Positions 15,296-30,776 of a stretch of 64,000 nucleotides of DNA are shown piece after piece. The stretch's first letter is position 1. The number at the start of each line of letters is the position of its first letter. The notes under the pieces are model-generated. The model was not told the DNA's origin. It saw only the letters and a program-made list of their open reading frames with translations, and did no database searches. The position numbers and the translations under genes are program-made. The stretch lies in NCBI RefSeq assembly GCF_009914755.1, contig NC_060931.1; one strand, given 5' to 3'. Source of the DNA: the human T2T-CHM13v2.0 reference genome, Homo sapiens.

Positions 15296-15540
15296 GTATT
15301 CATTCAAAATATTTATTGAGTACTTACAGCCAGGCACTGTGCTGAAAGCTGGGGATAAAAAGTTAAGCAGAATGTAGTCTGTGCTCTCAAGAAATTCACA
15401 GAGAAAGAGAAAAGAAGCGATTCCAATACAGTGTAATAAGTACACTGCAAGGGGTAAATCACGGGGTGTAAAGATAGAAGGATGATGACAGCTTCCCAAG
15501 GACAGGAAATCTAAGCTGAGAACTGAAGGAGTGACGCAGG
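15296..15540 (-). mobile_element. L2 3' fragment
   Basis: TTCATTCAAAATATTTATTGAGTACTTAC...CCAGGCACTGTGCT. Confidence 0.7.
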
Positions 15541-16315
15541 ACAGCTGGCGGGAGAACTTCTCTCCTTTATGTTTAATTACTGTCCAGAGCCATGGAGAAT
15601 TTAGAGATAACACAAAAAAGACAATTAAATGAATGAAGGCCTCAAAAATATGACCATCTGCAGGGAGTGAAAGCAGTAGCATGGTCTGATCTTGAGTACT
15701 GTTAAAAGTAGAATTTTCAAAATGTTAAAACAACACATATACATAAGAGCATATGTCAAGGTTATTTTCAGCTCGCTAATGAGGGAACAAACAGAATGAC
15801 AAAATGATTCAAAGGCAGATGCAAGAAACGAATGTACATATTTCCCATCAAAGAGAAGGCTAGAATAAAATTATTAAATACTAAAACTCATCATTGTTCT
15901 ACAGAGCAATAAACTATAATCTTTAGGGTTTTTTCTCTAATGAACAGAAATAATTGGCATTATTATTAGACAAAAATAATTTTTATTGTAACAATTTATT
16001 ACATATTAACATCTAACTTTTGTTGCAAAAATGCCTGGGCCCTATTCATTAGCCAATAGGAAGTTAAATTGTATTCGCCAAGAGAGTCAGGTGATCCTTA
16101 CACAGGCTTGTTAAGTGAACCCCTAGCCTAACAATAAAATTCACACCACCATCTTTTTCGCTACCTTCTATGTGTTGGATCATTTTGTTTAGTAACCTCC
16201 AAGAATGTTTAGCCTCTGAAATGTACCTAGTATGAAGACATCCCACAAGGAGAGTTGTGATCTTCCTCAATCTCCCCAAACAGACTAAAGGTTATAGGAA
16301 AATAGATTTCTTCTA

Positions 16316-16654
<339 letters not shown>

Positions 16655-16909
16655 CCGCCCACATTCCAAGCAGCGTTGTTACACTGTTTTTCTCATTTAA
16701 TCATATCACCAATCCCATGCAGTAGGTTTGACTACATTGAATTTGTATACTTGAGGAAACAAAGGGTCACAGAAAATAAATAACTTGCCCAAATATAAAT
16801 TTAAAAAGCTATTTGAAAGGGCAGCTAGGCAGTATCAATCCAAATTTAAAACATGCATATCCTCTGACCCAATTCATTCTTTAGAATCTATCCTAAAGAA
16901 ATGTTTACT

Positions 16910-17100
16910 GCTGGGTACAGTGGCTCACGCCTGTGGTCCCTCAGCTACCCTCACCTACCTGGGAGGCTGAGGCCGAAGGATTGCTTGAGCTCAGGAGTTC
17001 AAGGCTGCAGTGAGCTAGGGTGGCGCCACTGTACTCCAGCCTGGGCAAGAAAGCAAAACCCTGTATTAGCAAAGGAATAGGAAAGAAGGAAGGAAGAAAG
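16910..17100 (+). mobile_element. Free right Alu monomer/AluJ fragment within an L1ME remnant
   Basis: Monomeric Alu with purine-rich decayed tail. Confidence 0.85.
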
Positions 17101-17556
17101 TGTGACAAATCTGAGTCATCATAAGAGGATATGGTTAAATAAATTAAAATATATCCACATTATGGGATATTAAGCCATATTAAAAAGGAATGAGATACAT
17201 CCACACTTACCTCCAAGATATACTGTTCAGCAAAAGAAGCAACTTTCATGATAATGTATACATGTAAACAAAAATATGCTCTAAAAGCTGGAAAGGATGT
17301 AGCTCAACTGTTAACAGTGGTTATCTCAGGCAAGGGGAGGAGGCATGGGGGAAGCAGGGGAAGGTAAGAGTGGGAGGAGGAGAGGTTTGTATTTCATCCT
17401 ATAGTCATATATTTCTAGAACCATTTATGATGGCAATGTATTACTGACATAATTTTTTAGATAATGAATGTTATGGGTTGCGGAAGGATAACTTGCTGGA
17501 GATTACCCAAGTAGTAAAAGCAATTTACATTGGGATTCAAACTCAGGTCTGACTAA

Positions 17557-17854
<298 letters not shown>

Positions 17855-18288
17855 CAGGTCTGACTAATTTTTAAAACTGTAGCCTTTGCAAATTATCATT
17901 TACCTCACTAATCATCCAGGACTGCATTTGCTACGGGAATGTTCTTGAGGATGTGTTTGCCACATCTGTCAGGAAGAAAATTCCTTTAGAGTTAAGGGCT
18001 GGTGACCGGCTTTGCCTCTCCTAAGACACTGGTATGGTTTGTTTGTCTTTTCCTCCAGGACAATGAGAATTCTGTATGAAAATCTAACTGCTTATCTTGA
18101 TCACCAAGAAACTCAGAGTCAAATCTACCACCTAACTGTCATAATCTGGTTTCATGGTAGGTCCTCAGTCAAGAAGTGAGTGACAGTAAAGTCCAAGTCC
18201 ACATCAAAATAGGACCTGCCAAGTCAGACTCAGCCTATTAGACCCTATCTCCTTTAATCCCCTCGGAAAACGTCAGGAGCCATTCTAA

Positions 18289-18356
18289 CAGCAAATTCTC
18301 AAGCTTGAGTATGCTTAAGAATCACCTGAGATTAATCACTAAAAATACAGATTCCC
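18289..18356. mobile_element. MER5-like hAT fragment
   Basis: TTCTCAAGCTTGAG...AAGAATCACCTG...AAAATACAGATTCC. Confidence 0.55.
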
Positions 18357-18373
18357 GGCCAGACACGTATCCT

Positions 18374-18721
<348 letters not shown>

Positions 18722-19213
18722 CTAATTACTTTTAATTAGTTGTGGTAGAGTAGAGTAGGGGAAGTGGTTATCTCTGTACCCAAGTTTGACTTGAAAGGCC
18801 ACACGGGTAGATGTATCCAGCTTTTGAAGATTCCCTCAATCCACCTCTGCAGGTGCACACCCTCCACCCTAGTTCACCAGCCTTGCTGATTTGGGTCCTC
18901 AAAACAAGACGTTCTGCCCTCTCTTCCCTTTCATCTCCTCATACCCAAATCCTGGCTCTGAGGGATTTTGACCCTGACCTCATTTATTTGATCTTTCTCC
19001 TTACCTTAAACTTGGTAACTTCTGCAGTTTGTAAAGTTAGAATCTCTGTTTGCTTGCTCTGTCTTCCAAAGCCTTTCTTCTTAGGGGTTAAACATCAATT
19101 GGCTCCTAAATATACCTGGAGTTTACAGTCCTCCTCCCTCACTGGAAGAGGGTTTTAGATGACAGTGATAAGGGGGATAGCATAGCTCTCAGCTGTGGCT
19201 GGGCTTCTTTTCA

Positions 19214-19215
<2 letters not shown>

Positions 19216-19268
<53 letters not shown>
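19216..19268. repeat. (GT)26 microsatellite
   Basis: Uninterrupted GT run. Confidence 0.98.
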
Positions 19269-19269
<1 letters not shown>

Positions 19270-19676
19270 TCCAGTTCCCACAGGTGCACAGCCCTGAGTC
19301 TCAAAGTCACAGTGCTCATACCCAGTGTCCGATGAGGACTGACAGTCTTAGAACTCTCTAAATGCCTTTTGCTTTTCCTACAAATGACTGTGAACTGAAT
19401 CTACTGGCATAACATAGGAAACTGAAAAGCCTCAATCTCAGAGGGATAATTATTTAAAAGCTAGAGCTCATTCCATCCTTAGGGTATGAGTCCCTTATCT
19501 TTGTAACTTAATTAGCTGGAATCCAATGAGCTTAATTGATATATTAGAAACATAAAAATAATCACTAATATGATTTATTACAACTTGAAAGCCTAACTCT
19601 GTCCCTTCTGAACTATAATTAATTTGTGTTTGTTGTTAAATATGAGTATATTTTGAGTATATCAAAATACATTAGA

Positions 19677-19988
19677 GGCCGGGTGCAGTGGCTCATGCCT
19701 GTAATCCCAGCACTTTGGGAGGCTAAGGCAGGTGGATCACTTGAGGTCAGGATTTTGAGACCAGCCTGGCCAACATGGCAAAACCCCATCTCTACTAAAA
19801 ATACCAAAATTAGCCGGGCGTGGTGGCAGGTGCCTGTAATCCCAGCAACTTAGGAGGCTGAGGCAGGAGAATTGTTTGAACCCAGGAGGCAGAGGTTGCA
19901 ATGAGGCGAGATTGTGCCATTGCACTCTAGCCTGGGCGACAGAGTGAGACTCCATCTCAAAAACAAAAACAAACAAAAAGAAAACAAA
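19677..19988 (+). mobile_element. AluS
   Basis: Full dimer; TSD AAAATACAYTAGA. Confidence 0.95.
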
Positions 19989-21418
19989 ATACACTAGAGA
20001 TCTGAAGACACATAATGAGGTTGCAATTAGGTATGCCAGGGGGCACTATGTCGCAAAGTTTACATTTTACTCTTACTTCTGGCTTGGGACGAAATTTTGA
20101 ATGAATTTTTTTTAGCATAAAATCGTGTCTTTTAAGGGTTTTATACTTTCACGGTACACTTCTCATTTTTTTCTTCATCTTCGGTTCATCATTGGCCCAT
20201 CTTTTCCCACTCCTTTTCACTCTACGCTACTTCTCTCTTTTTTTAATGTTTCTCTTCCTCTTTAGTAGTTTCTCTCCTCATTTAACCTTTCCCTAAGTCC
20301 AGGATGAAACTTTTGCTTTTTGAAATGACATATATGCTAATTACTGTAAGGTAAGATATACCCAAGGTATCAAGAGAGTACATGTGCTGAAAATGATATC
20401 CATCAATATGCACAGAGACCACATTTTCTGAGCCAAAATTGGCATATGTGTTCCAGTAAGTATGAGGAGGTTTTGGCAAGCAGCAGAATAAAATTTTTAA
20501 ATTGAGACTTAATGCAATAAAATTCAGGTATCATAGTCTCGGTAAGTGTATCATATGAAGAAGATCTCAAATGCACCAGCTCGTGCACTTAAGAGACTCC
20601 TCATACAGCCTGCCACGGTGTTTCTTCACTTCTCGGACATAAACCTCCTAACATTAGTATCCTTCCTCTAGGTTATACAATGAAAATGAGTGCATTGTAT
20701 CTACAAAGCCCTTATTAAATGAATATATTTACCTTGGCAAGAAGGGACCTCTCTTGGTTTCCTTATTGGTTCATTGGCATAAATTGGTTTATAGTGCTGT
20801 CTTGGGAGGCTCAATGACCATATCTAGAGCATGAAACTAATATATATTAATTGGGGGAACAGAGAAGATAGGGGGTACACAGCAGCAGAGGACAAGGCAA
20901 GGCCAGTTGGGGTGCCTAACCATGAAGCCAGGAGTGAGGAAAGAAAGATGACCTTGGGAGGGGACTGGCCTGGCCCCAGAGACCATGTCACTGTTTGGCC
21001 AAGTTGCAGGAAGAAAGTTATTCGTTTTTCTTTTTTGCCCTCTCCATCTCTACCCTCACATCTTCATCATCTTTCTGTCCTCCTATCTTGTCTCTCTCTG
21101 CCAGATTTGTGTCTTAGAAAAAGAGCTCATAGATTTACAGAATGATGGAGCTGAAAAGGGAACTCCAGAGTTATCTCCAACCTCTTGAATGAACAAACCA
21201 TTAAGGAGCCTGGAGCCCAGAGAAGTAACATAACTCACCCTGCTATAAAGCGGCAGAGGCTTATCTTGAAAGTAGCCCAACAGTCAAGGCATTTTCATCA
21301 ACACCATGCCTCTCTGGAAGAATTTTTAGGACAGTTAGAAAATAGTAACAAAACATTATACCCTGTCAGGAGAGACAAGAGGGAAGGAAATGAGTGGCTT
21401 ATAGAAAAAAGAAGAGGG

Positions 21419-21709
21419 GGCCAGGTGTGGTGGCTCATGCCTGTAATCCCGGCACTTTGGGAGTCCAAGGCAGGTGGATCACGAGGTCAGGAGTTCAAGA
21501 CCAGCCTGGACATCATGGTGAAACCCCGTCTCTACTAAAAATACAGAAAAAAAAATAGCTAGGCATGGTGGCAGGAGCCTATACCAAGCTACTCGGGAGG
21601 CTGAGGCAGAGAATTGCTTGAACCCAGGAGGCGGAGGTTGCAGTGAGCTGAGACTGAGCCACTACACTCCAGCCTGGGTGACAGAGCAAGACTCTGTCTC
21701 AAAAAAAAA
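21419..21709 (+). mobile_element. AluS (Sg-like)
   Basis: Full dimer; short A tail followed by a G13 run. Confidence 0.95.
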
Positions 21710-21844
21710 GCGGGGGGGGGGGGGCGGTAATAGGAAGAAGAAAATAGAGTAAGAGAAAAGGAGAAAAACAAGATGGATGGAGAGGTAGAGACATGATGCC
21801 ACCTTCTAATAAGCCTCTGTTAAGTTATTTAAAATAATGCTGTG

Positions 21845-22640
21845 GATTCCACTCCTTAGGTATTTACCCCAGAGAAATGAAAACAATACACCAACATATT
21901 TGTATAGTTAGGTCCCTAGGAACTTCATATATAATATTTAAAAACTGTAAACTGACCAAATGTCCATTAAAAGGAAAATGAACAAATTATAATACATCCA
22001 TACCATGGAATGCTGGCCAGAAATACTGCCAATATACCCATGAACATGGATGAATCTCACAGACATCATGCTGAGCAAAGAAAATCAGACTCCAAGGAGT
22101 ACATACTCTATGGTTCTAATTATGCAAAGTTCTAGAGCAGATGAAAGTAATTTGTAGTGGAAAACAATCAGAGAATAGTAATTGTTTGGGGTAGGTGGAG
22201 GATGGTGATCCTGATAGGGATTAACTTGGAAGAGGCATGAGGAGAACTTTCTGGTATGATGAGAGTGTCCTGTATCTTGACATGGGTTTGGGTTACACAC
22301 ATGAATACATTTGTCAAAACTCATGGGAAAATATACTTAAGATCTGTGTATTTCATTGTGTATAAATTTTATCTCAAGAGAAAAAAAAAAACACCAAAAA
22401 ACCAAACCCTAGTTAATGGTATGCGTGTTCAAGTGCTTAGAGCTGAAGCTACTTGCTTTGAAATGCATCCAAAAAATAAGATGGATTGATGGATGGAGAG
22501 ATAGAAGATATGGGATAAATCAGGCATGTATATTAAAATGTTAGTTTTATAGTCCAAGTGGTGGGTATATGGGCAGTCCTTATAAAATTCTGTCCACTTT
22601 TCTGTGTGTTTAAAATTTTTTATTTTAAAATGTTAAGGAA
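21845..22640 (+). mobile_element. L1M 3' fragment(s)
   Basis: ATTCCACTCCTTAGGTATTTACCC...ACATGGATGAATCTCA...TTTGTCAAAACTCAT. Confidence 0.75.
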
Positions 22641-22664
22641 AAACTTACTAAAGGACATAGTACA

Positions 22665-23388
<724 letters not shown>

Positions 23389-24560
23389 GTACATAAGAAG
23401 GAAGAAAGGTTAGAATGGCATGCATGAGGATTTTTAACTGGAATTGTCACTTAACATAGGTGTGGAGAGAGATAATGAGGATAAGGAAGGGTGGGACATC
23501 AGAAGATCAGACACTTCCATCTCACCATTTTATTTCAGGCTGCTCTGTTTGTCTTTTACAAACACAGAAACAGCTGGTATTTCCAGAGGAAGCTCTAGAA
23601 ATGTCAAGTCAAGCCTCCTAAGCTCCTCCTCCAGTCTTTTTTGCATACCTTCCTACCTGCCTTTTCTGCCTTTCTCATATTCTGCACTACTCATGGTCAA
23701 ACTGTGATTGGTACAACCTTAATATTTTTATCGATTGTCATAACCACGGGTCATTCACTTTTCCAAGTGATCTGTATGCTACATTAACTTCTGCTCCAGT
23801 CAGACACTGAGTTCTAACAGCTAGTGTAAGAAACAGCTTAGCATGTGGATCTGAGCTGGTCCTGGTTGAGTTTTGATGGGCAGAATTACCTTGCGGTTTG
23901 AGCTCTGGGACGTGGGACTTTGAGTGCCAAACCCAGAATGAGTTAGTCATCCTATCATTGGCAGCTGACAACTCACATTCATAACAGTTCAAGTATATTT
24001 CTAAACTAAGATAGTGAGTTAATTCAATGTATTTTACATTTTACTTAGTATCGTATATAATTGTTTTTAATGCGTAAATATCTGATAATGTTTAAATCAA
24101 ATTCTGTAGATAAAATGCCCTGAAACACAAACTGTCTTACCAAAAATTGGCTGAAAACCCACATGTATTTATGATATAGTTCATGAGAACTAACACGTGT
24201 AAATGAAGCAAAAGAGTGTGGTCTGGCCTCAGGTGTGTGCTGTTCACTCGTGGGAGGCCCCAGGCCCCACCTCGGATGGCTCAGGGCATGAGCCCAGACT
24301 CTACCCTTGGGCTGTTACTGTACTGCACAGCTCTGCTAAAAAAGAAAATATACCTTTCCTTTGATTGGTATTTTTCTTTTTCATTACGAATTAAGGCAAC
24401 AATACTGATTTCTAGGAATCAAATGTAAAAAGCATTATCTTTTCTTTAAAATCAAACTCATATAGCTAGTTATGTGTATTGTAACTATTCAATAAATAGT
24501 CACAGGGATGACAAAATTCAATGTAAGTTGATAATAGATCGCTCCATTAAATTCCTCTTT

Positions 24561-24832
24561 CGCCCAGGCTGGAATGCAGTGGTGTGACCTCGGCTCGCTG
24601 CAACCTCCACACACCACCCCCCCGCCGCCACAACCGTTTCCAGTGATTCTCCTGCCTCAGCCTCCTGAGTAGCTGGGACTACAGGCACCCACCACCACAC
24701 CCAGCAAATATTTGTATTTTTAGACAAGACTGGGTTTCGCCAGGCTGATCTCAAACCCCTGACCTCAGGTGATCCGCCTGTCTTGGCCTCCCAAAGTGTT
24801 GGGATTACAGGCATAAGCCACAGCACCTGGCT
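24561..24832 (-). mobile_element. AluS lacking its 3' end and A tail
   Basis: Begins at CGCCCAGG; TSD AAATTCCTMTTT. Confidence 0.9.
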
Positions 24833-24973
24833 GAAATTCCTATTTGAAACATAGCCTACCATCTAATGAAAAAGAATTACTAACTCCATACTAATATGAG
24901 ACACTTTTTCTGTGGATTATGGTAGCAAGTAGTACTCATGTAAAAACACCTGGTCTTCTGGCTTTATTTGTAA

Positions 24974-25266
<293 letters not shown>

Positions 25267-26489
25267 ATCTCCTGGCTTTAAATATGGGAAGTGAAATATA
25301 CATTTTGAAGGAATCTGTAGATGCTCCTGTACTTTCCCCAAGCCTGGATGACATGGATGGTTTCTTTCCAGTAGAAGACCAATAAAATGCTCAGGGGTAA
25401 AGGACATAAGGCAGATGCCCCGGCACCAGAATGCCTGGTGTGCCTAAGACATCCACCTGCCCTGACTCATTTCACATGGAACAGCAGGACCGGGATGTAA
25501 ATGAGAATTGCATAGTGCTTGGCTTGTAGCTCTCCTGAGGAACTTCCCATATTGGTTTCTCATCCATCACACCCTGAATGTGTGATGTTCCTTTATGCCT
25601 CTGAGTTTGTAGGTGCTGCACCTTCTTCCTAGAAACCCTGGCCACCCTTCATCTGCTGTGCAAATCCCTGGTCATCCTAAAGACTTATCTTAAACAACAC
25701 CTCCTCCGTGAAGCCTCCCTAAAGTGTTCAGCTCATGCAAGCAGAATGAGGTGCTTTCTCTTCTGCTCCTCCAAGTTTCTTGATCATTCTATTATAGCAC
25801 ATGAATAACACCAAAATTATCTGTACACATGTCTTTCTCTGCACTAAACTGTAACTTTGTGAATGTGCACGTGGTAGACATCATGGTCAGGAAGCTGCAG
25901 GAATGAATGATTATATCTATTTATGTTGGTCCTTTTTCTCCAGTTCCTAATTATATGCCTCAAGAATATGGGTACAGGTTGTTCTTATTCATTTCCTACA
26001 CCTTGCAAGTTATAACACATTGTCTTGTACATAGGCAAAAATAAAGACTTGAATGAATGAGATGTCATAGCAATAACCATATCTGCAAAACTGACAAAAG
26101 CTTATTTCAACTTCTCCTGTGCTATTTTAATCCAGAATCCATAGTATTTTTCACTCAAAAAGGAAAATACCAAAGTTCTCAAAATAGAAGGAAAGAATAA
26201 AGAAAATAATAATACTATAAAAGAAATAAAACAAAAGGAATAAATAGCAATCACTAAAGAATTTTCCAGATTTGTGTAAGGTAAGAGGAGACTAAGATCC
26301 AGACCACTGGTGGCTTTAAAAGTCACACACTCTGTGCTGACATACTAGAGGTGTCCAGATTTTCAGGACCTCAGGAACAATTTTGACACCCAGGCCTCTT
26401 GCCAGATTGAACTGTAGGTGGAGCCTCTTTATGTCATCTTTTCTCCACATCCTGGCTGTTTTTTTTCCCGCCCCTATTCCTCACATACA

Positions 26490-26790
26490 GAGCTGAGGGT
26501 ATAAACTGGCAGCCCAACCCACAAACCTGTTTACTCACACAGTGGTTTTATGTTTTTAAATTAGCTGCCAATATGGAAAGAGTGGGGAAGTTCGCATAAA
26601 CGTTCCCAACTTCAGATTCCCAACTTCCCTTAGAAAATCACATCTGGACAATCCTAGGGCCTCATTCCCATGTGGCAGTGATCAGCTGAGCTGAGTAACA
26701 GTGGTCCCCATTCAATGAGGATGGCCTCTCCAGGGCCATGGTTGCCTGCTTCATCAATCCCCTTCACCCTCCTCACCCTCTTAGGCAGAC
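26490..26790. mobile_element. MER102-like hAT remnant
   Basis: CATTCCCATGTGGCA...AGCTGAGCTGAGTAACAGTGG resembles recalled consensus. Confidence 0.5.
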
Positions 26791-27130
26791 GAGTACGCGC
26801 CTCCGGTGCACTGGAAACCTCAGGCAAACGCCCAGCGTGCAGGGCTAGGGTTGCATATTGACGCAGACTCCAGGCTCTCCAGGCTGCTGTTGACCGTCCT
26901 AGTCTTCCACCAGGCCCCATGGAAAACTTGTATAAGTCATTGCCCCTCTCTGGGACTCAGTTTCCTCATAAGCCAACTGCAGATACACAAAAGAGTTCAT
27001 CATTTATTTATTAAAGTGCCAATAAATTCAAACTTTCTGAGTCTGCATCCAAATGTCTCACCTTGCCCATAAACTTTATGGCTGATGACGCCCCTAAAAA
27101 TGTAGGTTTTTAAAAAAATGTAACCTTTTA

Positions 27131-27615
27131 TTTGTCGCCGTGAGGTGGGGCTTATGCGGCGGCGTGGTGAAATAGATGCGGCGACCGAGGGGGATGTGGA
27201 GCTGGAGTTAGAGACTGAGACCCGTGGCCCAGAGCGGCCTCCCGAGAAGCCACGGAAACATGACTGACAGCAGTGCGGCGGACTTGGAGCGGGTCACCGA
27301 CTATGCAGAGGAGAAGGAGATCAGAGTTCCAATCTGGAGACGGCCATGTCTGTGACTGGAGACAGAAGGTCCCGGGAGCAGAAAGCCAAACAGGAAGGGA
27401 AGAAAGAACTGGCAATAGGCAGTATCAAGAAGGAAGATCTGGAGCTGGTAATGACCGAGATGGAGATATCTCGAGCAGCAGCGGAAGGCGGCTTGCGGGA
27501 ACACATGGGCAACGTGGTAGAGGCGCTTGTTGCTCTAACCAACTGATGTGTGCTTTCTCAGATATACCTACTGGATTAATTTATGGCGATAAAATTTCTT
27601 TGTCTTTAAAAAAAA
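27131..27615 (+). pseudogene. Processed pseudogene of HYPK (huntingtin-interacting protein K)
   Basis: Intronless copy: ATG 27154 MRRRGEIDAATEGDVELELETETRGPERPPEKPRKHD* (TGA 27265 from a TGAC duplication); a 1-bp deletion near 27323; C-terminal ...KKEDLELVMTEMEISRAAAEGGLREHMGNVVEALVALTN* (TGA 27544-27546); decayed polyA signal GATAAA at 27588; A tail; degenerate TSD AAAAAAA(T)GTAACC(A)TTTT. Confidence 0.96.
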
Positions 27616-28057
27616 GTAACCATTTTTAATGACACTGACCCGCGCCCCCAAAGCCATGAGGAGGTCACCAGTGATCTCCTAAGTACCTAATGATCCCTGT
27701 CTTTTCTCAGTTCTCACCTCTGAAAGCTACCAACATTCCATCCTTCTTGAAACCTTCTCCTTCACTGGCTTCCATCAATTTCTATTTTCTGGATGGCCTG
27801 CCCTTCTCTGACTACTCCTGTATTTTCTTCCTTTTTTCTTTACCAAATATAGAAATTCCCTAATGTTCAGTCCATCCTCCAACCTCTTTCCAATGGCTAT
27901 TCTCTTTTTCAGGAAATGTACTCACTACCATGGCTTTAGTCACAGCCTCTCTGTGGGTAACTCCTCTCTCTTGAGCTCGAAACCACATTGTCAATGAACT
28001 CTTACCATTTCTTCCCTGCACCCCATCCTTTACTCGATATTGGCATGTCCAAAAATA

Positions 28058-28238
28058 TTAGGCTGGTGCAAAAGTAATTGCAGTTTTTGCCATTAAAAGT
28101 AATTACCAGGAGAATCGCTTGAACCCAGGAGGTGGAGGTTGCAGTAAGCCAAGATTGGGCCATTGCACTCCAGCCTGGGCAACAGGGCGGGACTGCCTCA
28201 AAAAAAAAAAAAAAAAAATTTCCTTTGCACCAGCCTAA
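28058..28238. mobile_element. MADE1 mariner MITE interrupted by an Alu fragment
   Basis: TTAGGCTGGTGCAAAAGTAATTGCAGTTTTTGCCATTAAAAGTAAT ... CTTTGCACCAGCCTAA, TA on both flanks. Confidence 0.9.
28107..28218 (+). mobile_element. Alu 3' fragment
   Basis: CAGGAGAATCGCTTGAACCC...long A tail. Confidence 0.93.
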
Positions 28239-28701
28239 TAAAATATCCAAATCCAAACCCAGTGGGGTGGATATCAACTGTTTCTGTCTGCCCTGCATTT
28301 CTGTTTTCACCGGAGATCTACAAAACTGTCAATCAAAATTTCCTACCTGGCCTAAATGGAGGGAACGCAAACCAAAGCTTCACCATCAGTGGTACCCCAT
28401 CTTCCTGTCCGCAGTGATAGGGCCAAGGAGTAAGCACCTGCCCTAAGTGGGATTTGGCATATGGAGACGAGAGGGAGTCGTCTTAGATCATGAACTGTGA
28501 AGATGCTGCGGCTGTCTTCCCTGGCCACATGGAAGCTTCAGAAGGAAGGCACGGCACCCAAAGAAAAGCAAACCAGAGCCCCCGAGTGCCTAGGACCAGG
28601 AGCGTCCAAAGCCCGATGCAAGACCCTGGGTCTCACTATTAGAGCAGTAACCAATTCCATTTGTCCATAAGCTAGTTTGATTGCATTTTTGTCAGTCATC
28701 A

Positions 28702-29020
<319 letters not shown>

Positions 29021-29050
29021 GAGCCTTCTTTTATTACCTCATTCTCCCAG

Positions 29051-29407
29051 TGTATTAGTCCATTTTCATGCTGCCGATAAAGACATACCCAAGACTGGGA
29101 AGAAAAAGAGGTTTAATTGGATTTACAGTTCCACACGGCTGGGGAGGCCTCAGAATCATGGTGGGAGGCGAAAGGCACTTCTTACATGGCAGCAGCAAGA
29201 GAAAATGAGAAAGAAGCAAAAGCGGAAACCCCTGATAAACCCATCAGATCTCATAAGACTTATTCACTATCACGAGGATAGCATGGGAAAGACGACCGGC
29301 CCCCATGATTCACTTACCTCCCCCTGGGTCCCTCCCACAACAAACGGGAATTCTGGGAGATACGATTCAAGTTGAGATTTGGGTGGGGACACAGCAAAAC
29401 CATATCA
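29051..29407 (-). mobile_element. THE1 (THE1C-like) solo LTR
   Basis: TGTATTAGTCCATTTTCATGCTGC...AAACCATATCA; TSD CCCAG/CCTAG. Confidence 0.92.
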
Positions 29408-29747
29408 CCTAGTTAACAGGTCATAAAAATTGAAGGCATCTTTAACTCTCTCCTCTCCTTTCCTCCAATATTCAATTTGCAACCAAGTCTTGAAATTCCA
29501 TTTCTATAATCATTGCCACAATCCCAGTCTCTTCTCAACCTCATTGCTACTATCCAAGCTAACAGCCTCATATACCTTTCTAAAGACTTTTGCAGTAGTC
29601 TACTAACTGGTCTCCCACCTCCAGACTCTACCCACCCCTGAGACCACTGTTAGATCCATTTTCCTAAATCGTAAGTCTAGTTACCTAATCCCCCCTTTTA
29701 AAAAGTTTCTGTGGGTATCCATTGCATCCAAAATAAGAAAAGATGTC

Positions 29748-30142
29748 TGTCTTCATTTGCTGGGGCTGCCATAACAAAGTACCACAGACTGAGTGACTTA
29801 AACAACAGAAATGGATTTTCTCACATTTCTGGAGGCTGAGACCAAGGGGTCTTCAGGGTTGGTTTCTTCTGAGGCCTCCATCCTTGGCTTGCAGATGGCT
29901 GTCTTCTCCCTGTGTGTTTTCATGGCCTTCCCTCTGTATCTGTCCGTGTCCCAATTTCCTCTTCTTAGAAAGACACCAGTCACCTGGAATTACAGCCTAC
30001 CCCAATGGCCTCATTTTAACTTAATTACCTCCTTAAAGACCCCATCTCCCAATGCAGTCTCATTCTGCAGAATTGGGAGCTACAATCTTAGCACATGAAT
30101 TTGGTGGGGCAATGGTGGAGAGACACAATTTGGCCCATAACA
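29748..30142 (-). mobile_element. MLT1A-type LTR
   Basis: GGGCTGCCATAACAAAGTACCACAGACTG...GGCCCATAACA. Confidence 0.85.
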
Positions 30143-30156
30143 ATTCCTCATTCCGA

Positions 30157-30776
<620 letters not shown>

